A stretch of DNA of 64,000 nucleotides from Balanoglossus misakiensis (GCA_040954595.2 CM082576.2:7629129-7693128); one strand, 5' to 3'. Positions 25,844 to 39,174 are shown, counted from the first letter of the stretch. Translations and numbers: made by a program. Notes: a model not told the origin generated them from the letters alone.

Positions 25844-28800
25844 TCAGTCTTCTTTGACGTGTTCACTCGATTCACCTTCCTCCTTGTCCAACGCTTCCAG
25901 GTTCTTTTCACTTTCCAGTCTCTGAATTCGACGCTTTCTGATTTCATCGCGGTCCACCTCTTCCACATGGCTCTCCTCGTACGGAGGGATGCTTTGCTCC
26001 GCAGGCGGTGTGAATCCTACGGCTCCTTCGAGATCCGGACCGACATCTGATGATGAAATTAAAAATGCATGCGTTGGTTTCACAGCAGTGTGCCCTCTAA
26101 TAACAATCTTTAAAAGCTCTGTGTCAATTTGAGGATTTCTCCGAGTCAGCCATACACTTTTGTATGTAGGTGGTGCGTCATTACCAATGTCAGGTTGTAA
26201 ATGCCTTACAGAAACATTGTGTGTTCTTACCTACAACTTCACTTGGTTTACTTGGACTGGGTCCTTGGCTTGCAGGTTTGGAATCTTTTGCTGGGGTTGG
26301 AGGGGCAGTGTTGTTGTCTCTTGCTGTGGGTGCACTGGGGGCTGCGGCCGTCCCTTGTTGCATACCAGCAGGTCTGAAAACGGGCACAGAAATGATGAAG
26401 GGCTGGAAATGGCCTCTAATGACTCTGAGAATGCTTGTGCTTATGTTGAAATACTGGAATACACTTCTTTCATTTTGACAATAGGAGTAATATAAGTCTT
26501 CTTTGACAATATCTGGAGTGTCAACATGTGTCAGACAAGACATCTCAGCAGCCCCACACACCAACTTACCCGAGAGTAGCCATCAGCGAGTAATATTGTT
26601 GAATTTGTACCATGGCAGCGTCGAGTAGAGTGTGGATACTGCGCAGACACTGTATCCTGGCTTCCACATGACTTCTCTCCAAGCCTTCCATTGCACGTAG
26701 CTCTTCATCATTCATCCCCGCAAAGTTCGGTGGTGGCATGGGTGGAGGCACTGTAAATCACGAGAAGGAAGCCCTACTGTCATTTCAAATTTCAGAAAAT
26801 AGGCACAGCTTATGGTGATTGTTGTTATAGTCAAGCCTGTCTTAGTGGCCACCTCTATACACTGTGCTAGATTGAGTTTTCACAGCCATACTTACAGAAT
26901 GGAGGGCTGAACATCGGTGGCACTGCAAAGGGTGGAATCATTGGTGGGAATGGTGGCATGGTGCTGGTCGCCGTGGGACTTGGCATAGCAGTAGGACTGG
27001 CACTGGTCGGCGTGGCTGGTGGATTGGCAAAACCAGTAGATGAAGCTGTTGGCTGAGTGGTTGTTGAAGATGTTGTGGTAGTACTGGCAGATGGCTGACC
27101 GCCTCCTGTGTTTATACATAATGTACACATAAAGTGAACAACTATGTCAGCGATCATACTTTCAACAGGAAACATCATGCAGATACACACACAACAAATC
27201 ATATACATGTGTAGATGTGCTTTTGGAAAACTGTTTTTTTTAAAGTCAGTTTACGTGTAAAAAGAATGGAACTGACCTGGCTGTGATGCTGGAGGTGGCT
27301 GTGGTTGCATAGGAAACTGACCAGGCGCCATGTGTGGCATCCACATTTGGAAACCGGCCGGAAACTGGGGCATCCCTGGCACTTGTCCTGGCATCACTGT
27401 GAAGACAGATGGGTTGATGATATAAAAAAAACACGATTTGACAACAACACTGCAGCTGCCAGAAGTGAACTCCATTTGAAAATCTGAATTCAGGTACACG
27501 TAACTTTGCCGGTTTCACAAAGTGGGGTTGAAAGGGTTATAAGGGATGGACACACCCACATAGACCAAGATGCACTTACTGTTTGGTTGTTGTTGCTGCT
27601 GCTGCTGTTGTTGTTGCGGAGTCTGCTGTTGCTGTCTCTGCTGCGGCGTTGGCACGGGCGTCCTCAAGATGTCCATCCTGCACGTCGGGCATGTCTGCTG
27701 TCGCTGGAACCAGGACCTCAGACAGTTGGTGTGGAATATGTGATTACAAGGCAGTTTCTTGCAGCCAGTCACCATCTCCTCTCGGCAGATGATGCAGACA
27801 TTGTCGCCTGTTGCTAGCTCCTCTGGAGTTGCATCTGGATATCTAAATCGATCAAACATAAACGAGTCACTCAGATGAATGCAAGACATATAACATGTAC
27901 GGTATATAAAAGACCACAGGTACATCTACCCTCACTTTGTTGAATTTGAGCGAGAAAATCAACTATTTTTTAACAAACTCTACAACGCGGCAATCATACT
28001 TACAAGGTATTCATATTCCTTATAGCTCTTCTTGACATTATCACATCGTTCAAAGCTTTCTTGAAGGCCCTGTATAAATTTAAAAATATGTGTGTGAAAC
28101 ACTTGTGCGATATTCACTCGCTATTACACATTTAACTATTAGTAGTCAGGGAGTAATGTTTTACCGGTGGCCGCTCCACCACACATGCCCCATTTCAAAG
28201 CAGTATTTTCACATTGCCAATATGGCACAGATAATGCACTGATAATGCTTGGCAAAGACGACCACTTACCTCATGGTGAGATACATAGGTCTAATTGCAA
28301 ATAGTGGGAAAGTGTGAATTTTTATCATGACAGCCATAAACGCCATGTACAGCATAACTTTGAAGAAACCTGCATAAAAATCAAACAGATATGTACATGT
28401 CAGACATATGTCAGAACAATAAACAAATACTAGTATAATTTTTTTTAAAAACAAAGAAGATAATGTATTTGTGGCAGAGTACCATGCATCGTTTGTGTAA
28501 AACGGACAGAATAATAATTATGGGGTACTAACTCAATCTCTGACTTACCCATAAACAGTTCTGTGTAAAGAAGGTACACAGCTTTGTTGTCCCAGGGATT
28601 CTCACTCTGAAGATCTATAGTGTGTAGTACATACTTGAAGAATACGTTGATTACAATAATTAACAAAATAGCATACTGTTGAGGAAGCATATAGGAAAAG
28701 AATTGAGCATGCAGTCAACTTTCTGTTTTGACCCGTGTATTAACATATATTAGACCGGAGAATGCTTCAGATGTGGAAATTGCACACCGAAAATTTGCAT

Positions 28801-30718
28801 CAACAGCCGTATGCCGACCTCAATAGATACGATTCAGTAGGACACAATTATCAACTGTGTTTTCTTACCTCAAAACCAAAGACTAGTTGAGCAGTTGCAC
28901 CTTTGGTTATCGTGCTGTAGTATGCATGGTTGATGAAAAATGCATCCATAAGGGATAACACTGAAAGAAGGGCTATAAACACACAAACACAATTAGTACT
29001 GGCAGGTTACTCCGGTAATCAATAATGTAAATTCACACTAGTCAATGACAATCTAAATATGCAGCAAGTCAAATTAATGAATTATAATTAAGTATTTCTG
29101 AAAGCAACACTTACCTAATACTCTTAAATGAAACACCCAAGTAATGATGGGACTTCTTTCCATCTAAAGTATGAAAGTAAAGAATCATTAAGAATTATAA
29201 CAGTGTAATTCAGGCAAGTTGATTATCTGAACAAAATTCAATGCACGTCACTCATAAGCAGTTATGATGCAGGTACTTACGTAATCTACTCTGTCCTCTC
29301 CTAACCAATGAAAACACTTCAAAAAAAGTAACAATGTAAACATGGCAACAAATTTGGGACTGAAATCTTCGCGAAAGACAGTAAATGCCAGACAGGTTTC
29401 TGTAACTGCATACCAGGACCGTTCTATGAGATGCTGTGAACAGAAAAAGAAAAATAGGTCAGTCTGTAAAGTCGTACTGAAAAGCATATGTGACACACAA
29501 ATACATGTATGTACATCAAAAAACTACACATTGTCTAACATTTTTCTTGGTTTGACAGTTACATTTGTATTTTTTAAATTACGTGTATATTAACTACAAC
29601 TTTTCAATGAATATTTCTTACTCAGCAATAATTCACAAGAATGTTTTATTCAAATCAAACAAATCTGATAAGCATATTATGGACACGTGTCTGTATACTA
29701 TTGGCAAAAATATACAACAACTTTGTGTGACACCTGTAAATATTTCATTGGTGCTGGTTGCATTTGACATTTTAATTTCTAAGAGCTAACTGAATACTTG
29801 CATTGGGTTGCAAGATAACTGGTGAATGTTACTTACAGATAAACCCGAGATTCTAATTACACTGTGGAGGTGGATTAGTAACAAACTGTACATGCTGCAT
29901 TGCACTAATGACAATCTGTCAAAGACAGGGGACCACTCTATATTTTTGTTGTGATATGGCCTGATTATTTCAAGTATAATTATGTCAAAAAAATTGCACT
30001 GCTTTCGTGCATTATTTGATGTACCAATATTTGATGTACCGGTACCTCAAATTATCACCCACCTCCATTTCAGCTGGCCTCAGCTGACCAAAGAACATTT
30101 TTCTGAAAAGTTTTCCAAGCAAAACTATAACAACAAATGCTTGCAGGTACAGCATCTGCAAATAAATAACATAAACATGTAACTAATCTGCAGCTCTGGG
30201 GTTTGACTGATACAGTACTGTGTGTGTAGACGGCCTGTTTTGTCGTTTAGCCAGTCAAAACCTCAATCTGCAGTACTGCAGCAACTCTCGTTCTGCAGTA
30301 CCAACATCCAATGGCAGTCTAAACCTTGAGCTCAGATACTGCAACTATGCATATGCAGCCATAAAAGTACAAAGTATTATGAGACAAGTCTAGGGTTCCA
30401 AGAGGGTGTCCCGAGAATGGGTCGACATTGTACCGTATGTATAATACTAGGTACGCAGTTGTGTTTATTATGTATGTTGATTTGGTCATAGTCCTTTGGA
30501 TTGCACTACAGGGCCTGTGCCGAGATCATAAAACTGCGAATAATGAATATGGCTTTTGATGATTACTCGAAAATCTAGATTGAACTCACCGCCATACTTG
30601 GATTAGACTTGGTTAAATACACTACAGACGGATAAAACTGCCTTTTCTGGTAATATGCATGGCCTATAACGGCCCCCGTGAGGGCCAGGCTCCCGAGGGT
30701 GAGCATTGATGCACGCAT
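25844..30718 (-). CDS. SYVN1: E3 ubiquitin ligase HRD1/synoviolin
   Basis: 14 exons with consistent phases: 30718-30590 (MRASMLTLGSLALT...QFYPSVVYLTKSNPSMA), 30155-30063, 29433-29281 (HLIERSWYAVTETCLAFTVFR), 29163-29115, 28972-28869, 28675-28549, 28369-28270, 28069-28004, 27842-27580 (RING-H2 CIICREEM...LPCNHIFHTNCLRSWFQRQQTCPTC), 27396-27277, 27105-26896, 26750-26570 (EELRAMEGLER), 26373-26231 and 26046-25844 (EIRKRRIQRLES). Confidence 0.97.
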
Positions 30719-31047
30719 CTGTCTCAATGCGACGATAAATGGCCAAAAACAACACTTATTCTCACTTCTGTACTGTTGATCGTACGCTGCGTCTCTCGAT
30801 TTGTAAAATGGTGACGTATTATTTCCGGTTTTCCTTTTATGGTAGGAACATCCTTATATGGAAAGAAGCCGGTGTGTCTGGCTCTGATTGGCAGGTGAGC
30901 AAAGACTGCGCAAACACTCGAACCAAATCTTGCAGACGATCAAAACTTTTTTTTTTGGCGCTACTTTCGAAATGGCTTGTGTTTCATCTGTCGACCGGTC
31001 CCCGTCCTTCTCCCTCACGCACTTCTAACTTCATCCAAAACGACAAA
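30719..31047. promoter_or_regulatory. Bidirectional promoter SYVN1/Speedy
   Basis: About 330 bp between divergent ATGs. Contains TGACGT (30812), ETS-like TTCCGG (30823), a perfect CArG box CCTTATATGG (30852-30861) and an inverted CCAAT (ATTGG, 30887-30891). Confidence 0.7.
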
Positions 31048-33493
31048 ATGTCCGTATGTGTGCAGAAGAACCCGTACATTTCTCCGCACTTCAAGTACAT
31101 CGGTGGCTACAACTCCCTCCCTTCTTTCGAGGATGTTTTCTGGAGGAAACGAGACATTTTTGGTGACATGGAAGTGAACGAGTTTGACTTTGCGTTTTCG
31201 CCTCGGCCTACCTCACCAAGGATTGCTAATTTTAAGCCGAGGGATGGTGATTCCGACGTGCAATTCTTTATTGGTGACCGTCCGAAAATACAGTTCAAGC
31301 AGCAAAGCAGTGATGCCAAATGCGAGGGTGGGAGCGTGACTGATAAACACAAGCCGAAACTTAGCCAAGTCAAAAGGAGCAGACACGAATCGTCAGGTTC
31401 CGACTCAGACATAAATTCTTCCATTTTTTCGCCGACTAAAAAGATAAAAAACAGTAAGGCCATCCCCGTGAGCGCAAAAGAAATAAAAGCATTTTTCAAG
31501 TTATCCGGTAAGTGGCTTTCTTTACTTTTGATTAAAGTGCTATCATTTGATTAAATTTTGTAGTGCTCGAGTTTTGTAGCTGCTCTTCCCATACATGGTG
31601 GGACCGTGGGCATGGGACGACAACTTGTATTTCCAATGTTTTTCATAATATATATAATTTAATTTTCAACAAAACTTACAAGTTTTGAAATTGCATAAAG
31701 GATAAAAAATATATGTTTCTTTCACATGAATGATAATAAAAGGAACATGATGTCACTTTCCTATCAAGGTTCGTCAGTAGAGGGCGCTCTTCAAACTGAG
31801 TACATGTAATTCATAGTGTACAACTAGTATTACTTCTATTTTTTCAGAAGATGAAGTTATTAAAGACTTCCTTGCTATGGACAAATGCTCAAGGATTGTG
31901 GATAAGGTGAGTGTATATTTAAAATACAAGTATTACTATTGCAAAACTGCTTGAAACACAGTAAACCGACAGTATTTTGTACAATGTCATAAGATCATCC
32001 CACTTTCCTTTTGCAGTTTGTCCCCAGAATACATGATGATGATGATAGGGAAATTACTCAGCATCCACATTTGATGAGAAACAAATTTTATAGCTATAGA
32101 ACATGATCATAACTGCATGACAAGTATGAATGCTGCAGACCAACAGTGAGGTGTTTTTTGTGCAAATGCCTCTTTGATGTCGTCCCCTAACTTACACAAA
32201 ACCATGTCTCTCTCTACCCTAATAACATTCTTTTTCTGTGTACTTCCAGTACTTAATTGCAATGGTGTTTGCATACTTCAAGAAAGCTAACTATAAGGTT
32301 AAGCAATACACACGGAAGAACTTCTTTGTTGCACTGTAAGTACATGTATATGGGTGGTGAAGCACACTTGTATTATTTCATTTACATATATTATTTAGTC
32401 TATAAAAATATGCATTCTGATGTGTTAACAATTGCATTAAAGTAAAGTTATGAAGATTCACATTTGGAAGCTTTCAACTTGGGATCCCGATTTAAAAGTG
32501 TTGTTATGGTTTAAGGTCTTCAGCATGAATAGGAATGATGAGAGAACAAGTCAAAGTAACTTTCTTAAAAATATGACATCAATTTCAAAACAAATCAGCA
32601 AAAATATTACATATAATGAAATGACGTTTAGAGGAATTGGGATATTACATTGTTGTATTGTTTTTTCTTTCAAAGGTACTTGGCACATGATATGGAAGAA
32701 GACGAGGAAGACTATAAGTATGAAATATTTCCCTGGGCTTTGGGGGAAAGGTGGAGAGATAAATTCCCTAGTTTTCTAAGAAAGCGAGACAAATTATGGA
32801 AAGCTGTCAACTACTCTGCAGCGGTCAGTAGGAAATGCTGTGATGAGGTACGTATGCATGATAATTGAAACCCTCCATACAGAGACTTCAAAAGCAATAC
32901 CTTGTTGTGGTGAAATCACATCACATTTTCACTCTGAATACAAATGAGTGAGAGTATCAGTTCAAAATGATCTGAGTATCTGAAGTATCTGGATATCTTC
33001 TGAGCAAACAAGCAACACACAAACGGTAATGAGTAAAAAAATTAAGAGATGTCTACTGATTTAGTTAAGATTCTTTATAAAGACAAAATATCACCATTGT
33101 CTAGTGAGCTAGTCTACAATACATTTAGCCATTTCTTCCCATGTTTTTGTACCTAAGGTCATGTCAATTTGTCCAGACCACGCCTTCTGGTCCAGAGAAC
33201 GCAAAGAACACCATGCTGGTGCCATACGCAGTTATCAGAGACCGGATGATTTTGATGGTTACCCAAGAGGCCCTGGTGTAACACCACCAAGCTGCAGGGC
33301 ATGTAGACCTCGTCGAACCAGTAAAGCACTGAATGAGGATGACACTGATTCTTCATGTGATGACAGTCCACTGGCTTGCCTATACCTGTCGTCTTGCACA
33401 GACACTTCAACCGACAGTCTGGAGTCTCTGTGTCAAGAGACCGCCGTGCCTCAGCGATTCAATATGCAAGGTAAGCCAATAGCTTGTCCCTGA
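31048..33493 (+). CDS. SPDYA: Speedy/RINGO CDK activator
   Basis: Exons 31048-31507, 31848-31906, 32250-32335, 32676-32847 and 33158-33493. They encode the Speedy box ([39 protein letters not shown]...[29 protein letters not shown]...[34 protein letters not shown]). The start codon and the last exon are uncertain because of a donor-like site after 33470. The symbol is used at family level. Confidence 0.92.
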
Positions 33494-35055
33494 TGATTTT
33501 TTTTTTAATTTTGAAAGATTTCATTAAAAACATTTGTTAAACAGTTTTAGTCACCTGAAGGGCTTTCATCACCTAAAGATGGCCGTGCAAAACAGAATGA
33601 AACTCCAAGTACCAAACAATCTTAGTTTCTACCAGAAACTACTTTATAGCATCTCTATTGCAGGGAGTGTATTAAAAAAAAATGTGTAAAGTTAAGATGT
33701 GTAGTACTATATATGCTTTTTGCTTTGTTAACTATGGCAGCTTTGATATCAGTATGTTTATGAAAACATTGCTTTTTTATTTTGAGGTTTGCGGGAAACT
33801 CTCCATACAGATCCAGGAGACAGCTATTTCTGGGCACACAAGGAAGAGTAAGGGGAGTTCACGAAAGAGAATTTCCACAGAAGTAGCAAGGGCCAGTATA
33901 AGATTAGGAAGATGTTTGGAAAGCATCCCATTTACCAGAAATGAACACCAAAACACAGTTGTCAGAGTAGAAAAGTGTTTATTTTTAAAACGCATTTTTG
34001 TGAGTTACCAGTTTAAATTGTAGCACCAAAATGCAGGGTTTGTTTTTAACGTTAATTATCTTGGAGATTAGACAACAGGTGGTTGATAAGCATGATTCTG
34101 CAAATTTTTGGAAGATCAGTCAGTAATCTTTTTTACATTAACTTTTCACTACCAAGTTTGGTACAACTCCATTGTTTCAATATTGTCACTGGACTTGCAG
34201 TTACAGGGTTAAACTTTTCAAGTGTTTTCTACTGCATGTGTGAAGGTGAAAAGGTTATAAACAAATAATAAGATCATAGAGTCAAAGGTGCAACGTTTTA
34301 ATTGGTAAGGTTTGATATACATGTATTTTGTTCCATTACAGTAACTTTCTATGGATAGAAGTGTTTTGTTGGTTTTTATCAGCAAGCATATTTATCACTG
34401 CCTAACATAATGAGAAACACAAAATATCTATTTGCATGTTAACTTATTGAAAACTTGTAAAGTACTGTTTTTAACCAAAAGGCCACACTTGGCTAGTAAA
34501 TTAGCTTTTTACATGTCAAAAAAAGCAGGTGGGATAATTGTATGGTATACACCATAAAAAGTAGTTTTGTGCATTTTTAACTTTGACAGTTCTATAATAT
34601 TTATGTAGCTATCGATCTATGCCTAATGTTATGGTTTTGGTAGTTTTAACAAGAGTATTAAGGGTAATTATAACAAATAATATAAATACAAATGTATCGG
34701 TAAAAGATTTTTCGATAACTTTCTTCACATGAACTTGTTAAAGCCTATTGCAAGAGAATGTGAACCGGCAAGAAAGGAGTAGTAAAACATTCAGAGATAA
34801 ACATTCCCAGATGCACAAGCAAAATCCCTTTGGCTTACATATTGGTAGGTCCTGTACATTGTAACTCTAGTTTGGCAGTCAATCTATGGTACTATGGTAC
34901 TGCAGCTAACACTATCATGTTGTTAAAAAAGATTTGCTGAATAAAACAGGTTGCATTTTTTTTTACCAAGAAAAAGTTTGTTTCCAAACAACTGTGCAAA
35001 TAATACTCGAAAATATTGATGACTGCAGTACCAGTTAATCTTGGTTCTTCAACAG

Positions 35056-38000
35056 CTACAACGGCTTACACTTTCTGAGTCTGAGCAGAAAGGCTGAAAG
35101 ACATAGAGAAAACACAGGTTACATGAACATTAGTTGTGTTTCATACAATGTACTTCATACTATACAGTCTACATCTCATCCAAGAGATGGTGTGGAGCTC
35201 CATGTCAAATTGACAATTTCAATACTATGACACTAAGAGTTGTGTCCCATTGTACATGGGAATGAAGGCAGATAAAACTCTGAAAAAGATGAGTTTGAAA
35301 ATAAGATCAGAATTTTACAAATATTAAATTTGTAAATAATGTGTGTATTACATTACTTGTTTTTTGTGCTCTGTTCAAATGGAATAAGTTTCAATGTTTT
35401 CAATTTCTACAAAGTGGCATTTTACATTTTGACTGTTAAGTTCTGTGCTGATAATAGAAACAATATATAGCAACTGAAATGTAAATTAATACATACTTTC
35501 ATGTAGAATGGGTAAATACCGATTTGAAATAGTTGCCTATATCTGAATGATTATGTTAGTTACATTGCCATTGCCAATTACATCTCTTTAGGGAATATGG
35601 TAATCTTGTTGTTAAATTTAGTAAAATTATTCATTACTGTCACAGTTCATCTTACAATCTATAAAATAGGACCATAGACAGGTATCACTAAATACAACAG
35701 CAGAAATGACATTGTTAATTAATTAATCAAAAATTATTAAATTATAGGATGCAGTTGGCATGTTATTGTTTGGCTTTATGAATAATTCAACTGTACCTGT
35801 ATGAGGATGTTGGTAAAATGATGGTTTTGCAAGGTAAACTGGTTCATCTTCTGTCATGTCTTCATCAAAATCTGTAAAAATCAAAGAATCATTAGTATTA
35901 GGAAAGTCTATGATCACAGAGATTAATCTCTTCTAGAAATTTACGACAAACTTTTATTTTTCAAGCAGAAAGTTAGTGTTACCATTTGTTATTTTATTCT
36001 TGTGGAAATTTCTTGTCAATTAAAATTCTGATTTGGTTCATGAATATATTGGTACTTGTCCACTTACTACTGTTTGTTACAAACGGCAATTTTATCTTAC
36101 CTGAAGAATCCTCTGAGGACGAGTCTTCATATTCATTCCTAGGGACCTCCATCTCTTCTTCATCACTGTTCACACTTTTCACCAGCTGTCCATCGTGTCT
36201 TCTGGCAGGGATAACACACCACGTTCTGTGGGTCACATCCAAGACCCTGGTGTTCTCCAAGGGTACCTTCTTGGCCTCAATATACTCCAGAGTTTGAATG
36301 ACTTGAGTGAGACTGTGAAAAAACGAAACAGGCTAGTACACATGCTGAACAGTTTGAAGTTATGTTCATCTACACATGAATCCTTTGATATAAGCAAAAG
36401 AAAACATTTCTGCTGCAGTGGATGTACTGAAAAAACAACACTGTCAGGCTAGAAAAAGTGACACAAGACTTACTTTGTCAGATAGATGGCCACTGATCTC
36501 CCTGCCTTAATTCTTCTTGCAATAAAAGGCATGGTCAGATGAGGATTTTGCATGTCGATGATTGCCTGTTAAAAATAAACCAGTTTGCTTTATACACATT
36601 TGTGAATATTGCTTTGGAATTTTCATCGGTAAAAGTGATATATCAGAAAATAAAACAGTGTTGATTAAGAACATACTCCATCAAACATCATGTCTCCTAA
36701 GGTATCGTCTCCATCTTGCAACCTCTGATGATGAAATATCACATTTGACGGCCACTGCCTCCCGGGTCGACTCAAATTCCATGACTGCTGCCACCTGTTG
36801 AAGTTCTTGACAGCTCTCCCATGGTGTTTCTCGTTCATTTCAAAGGCATGCACATGGCCTGTGGGTCCAACTGCAAAAGAAAAGAATGGTTGATATTTAT
36901 CATACATGTGTTTGTTTCCCCATTCAACATAGCTACATTCCTGATTCATATGAGCATTCTGTTAAACCACAGACTGGAGACATGGTAAAAGACAATACAG
37001 AAAAATGTAACTTTACCTGCTCTTGATAGATACAATGTCATGCCACCGGAACCAGACCCAGCTTCCAGAATGGTATCTCCAGGATTCGCATCAATTAACA
37101 TACTCATTGTTATGCAATCCTGGTGGTTGAAGGTCATACAACTATTACTTTAGAGTGACATTAGTATTTACTTGCAAGAGACTGATTGGTGATGGTGCTC
37201 TTCCAGCCATAATAATTTTTGTCAGCAGATTTATAGCACCCAAAATATTGCTGTTGACAGTTACTTCATTAAATAGGTGACAATGGTAGCAAAAGGGTTT
37301 CAGTAACTGCAAACCAGCTTTGAGTTTGACTGTAAGAAGTCTAGTATGGTGTTACCTTTGGGTATGAGATCACTGGAGTCCTTTTCATTAAAACGATATA
37401 ATCCTCCAATGTTGCCCTCTCTATAGAAACTCTGTGTCCTCTTGACAGGACGTAGCTATCACCCGGGATCCTGCCAATGATGTCGCTGTGTTTTATAGCA
37501 CCAAATTTGCAATTGAAAGTCTTCGATGGATTTATGGTGAACATCTTTCTGAGGTGTTCATGCCTTTTGGGAATTTCTCTTGAGGCTATTGCCAACTCCC
37601 CAGCTACGAATGGCAAATCTTCATCTGGATTGGCTGAGAAATGTTTTCCCCTCCCATCACTAGGTGAGTCTGAAACTGCATCATCCGGTTGCATAGCAAC
37701 CGAATCGTTTGAGAAAGGGGAAGTTTCCGTATGTGCCGACTTTTCTTCTGTGCGAAGAAAATTACCTTTATCATCCAAGTTTTCAACATCACCAATACTA
37801 ACACCCTTCACTGTATCACTTGTCACTCCTGATTCTTTCAATGCATTGTCATAATCCCCAGGAAGCATTTGAGTAATCCTGTCAGCAACTGATAGAGTTG
37901 ATCTGTACCTTCGCCTCTTAAATTCTAACATGTCCAGTTTTTCTCCTGATGGGATATCAGCAGGAGAAGACACAGCATTGTGTCCACTGACCGGCCTTTC

Positions 38001-38177
38001 CCTATTTCTATCACCATCTCCATCACCACACATACCCGTCTCACCATCACCTCCACCTTGACCGCCAGTGCCACTGAGTAAGATGCTGGAGCTGGTCAGC
38101 TTCCGACAGAAATCCTTTTTCCAGACTGTCCTCCCAGATATAATATGCCGTATATAACAGAGGCTTCTAGACGTCAT
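35056..38177 (-). CDS. TRMT61B: Mitochondrial tRNA (adenine(58)-N1)-methyltransferase
   Basis: Exons 38177-37356 (basic, Ser-rich transit-like N-terminus; TLEDYIVLMKRTPVISYPK), 37119-37017 (SAM motif ILEAGSGSGGMTLYLSRA), 36870-36677, 36565-36474, 36312-36101, 35871-35797 (YLAKPSFYQHPHT) and 35093-35056 (AFLLRLRKCKPL-TAG). Confidence 0.93.
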
Positions 38178-38860
38178 TCTAGCTGTTCACGTCACGTCGT
38201 GGTCCCTACCTTTCAATTCAAAAGTAAAGCGGATGATGTACTGATTCGATTTTGAGAGAGATCAGCTGGTTTGACATGCGGCGTGTGTCACTGTCAATCG
38301 TGGGTGTTGATTGTGTGATTTCACCGATCGGGGGCACTCAGTGAACTCAATTTTACGAACAGTGTGTCAAATGATTCTATTTCGTCAATCGCGATGCAGG
38401 CGACCTGACGAGGCCACAAAAAAGGTGACAGATTCGACGAAGTACGTGTACTGGTATTCCAAGTGTCTTTCCTGACCTCTCCAAGCAGCCGCCATGTTAG
38501 TCTGTCACATGACTCTCTGTAAGGACCAATAACAATAAGTGTTAGAAAATGCTACCCCATTTCATAGAGCAATAGGATAACACGTTTCATATGACCCCTA
38601 ATGACCTGACATACAACAACAACATATTTCAACTTTACCTGTTTACCTCGCTTGCCTCACCACGATACACGTTTGCAAGATACATAGGAAGACAACGACC
38701 TAGTCTGGTGTTATGTCAGAAAGGTAATATTCCTCACAAAGTATCCATACATAAACAAAGTTCATTTTTAGGTCCAGTGAAATCCTGACACCTGAAACGC
38801 GTGTGGAGCTCGGAGAGATGCTTGTCCAAACAGGATCTGGGAATTTGTCAGGTGACCTCC
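38178..38860. promoter_or_regulatory. Bidirectional promoter TRMT61B/WDPCP
   Basis: CpG-enriched interval between divergent genes, with YY1-like GCCGCCATGTT (38488-38498), CCAAT near 38526 and tandem CACGT elements. Likely non-coding WDPCP first exon with a donor near 38723 (AAG|GTAATA) and an acceptor TACAG ending at 39125. Confidence 0.6.
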
Positions 38861-39174
38861 AAACTCTAACATGTCTAGTGTATACTCACCTGTAGACTGT
38901 AGATTATCATTGATTATGAAACACTGCAGCAGACGAGTGTACCATTTTCAGCATTGCCATGAATACATTTAGCCTCTGTTGAAGCTTACAGATCAATGAG
39001 AAGAAAGGAGCACACTCACACTCCAACTCCAAGTGCCATTATTATTGTCTGAAAGTTACAAGTATCACAAATATAGATTCCATTTCTGACTTACACATAT
39101 TTCACAACTAAGTTTTCCTGTACAGGTAGTGTCAACCATCTTTGCATTTGAGTAGCACCTGCACCTGTTCTGAT

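Noticed and set aside
30873-30891. ERSE (CCAAT-N9-CCACG) for HRD1
   Set aside because: Reads CCAAT-N9-ACACA on the - strand, with two mismatches in the ATF6 half-site.
33682-34023. 113-aa ORF downstream of Speedy, reachable in frame by a 33470>33664 splice
   Set aside because: UTR-like composition and no recognisable homology, so it is not supportable as coding.
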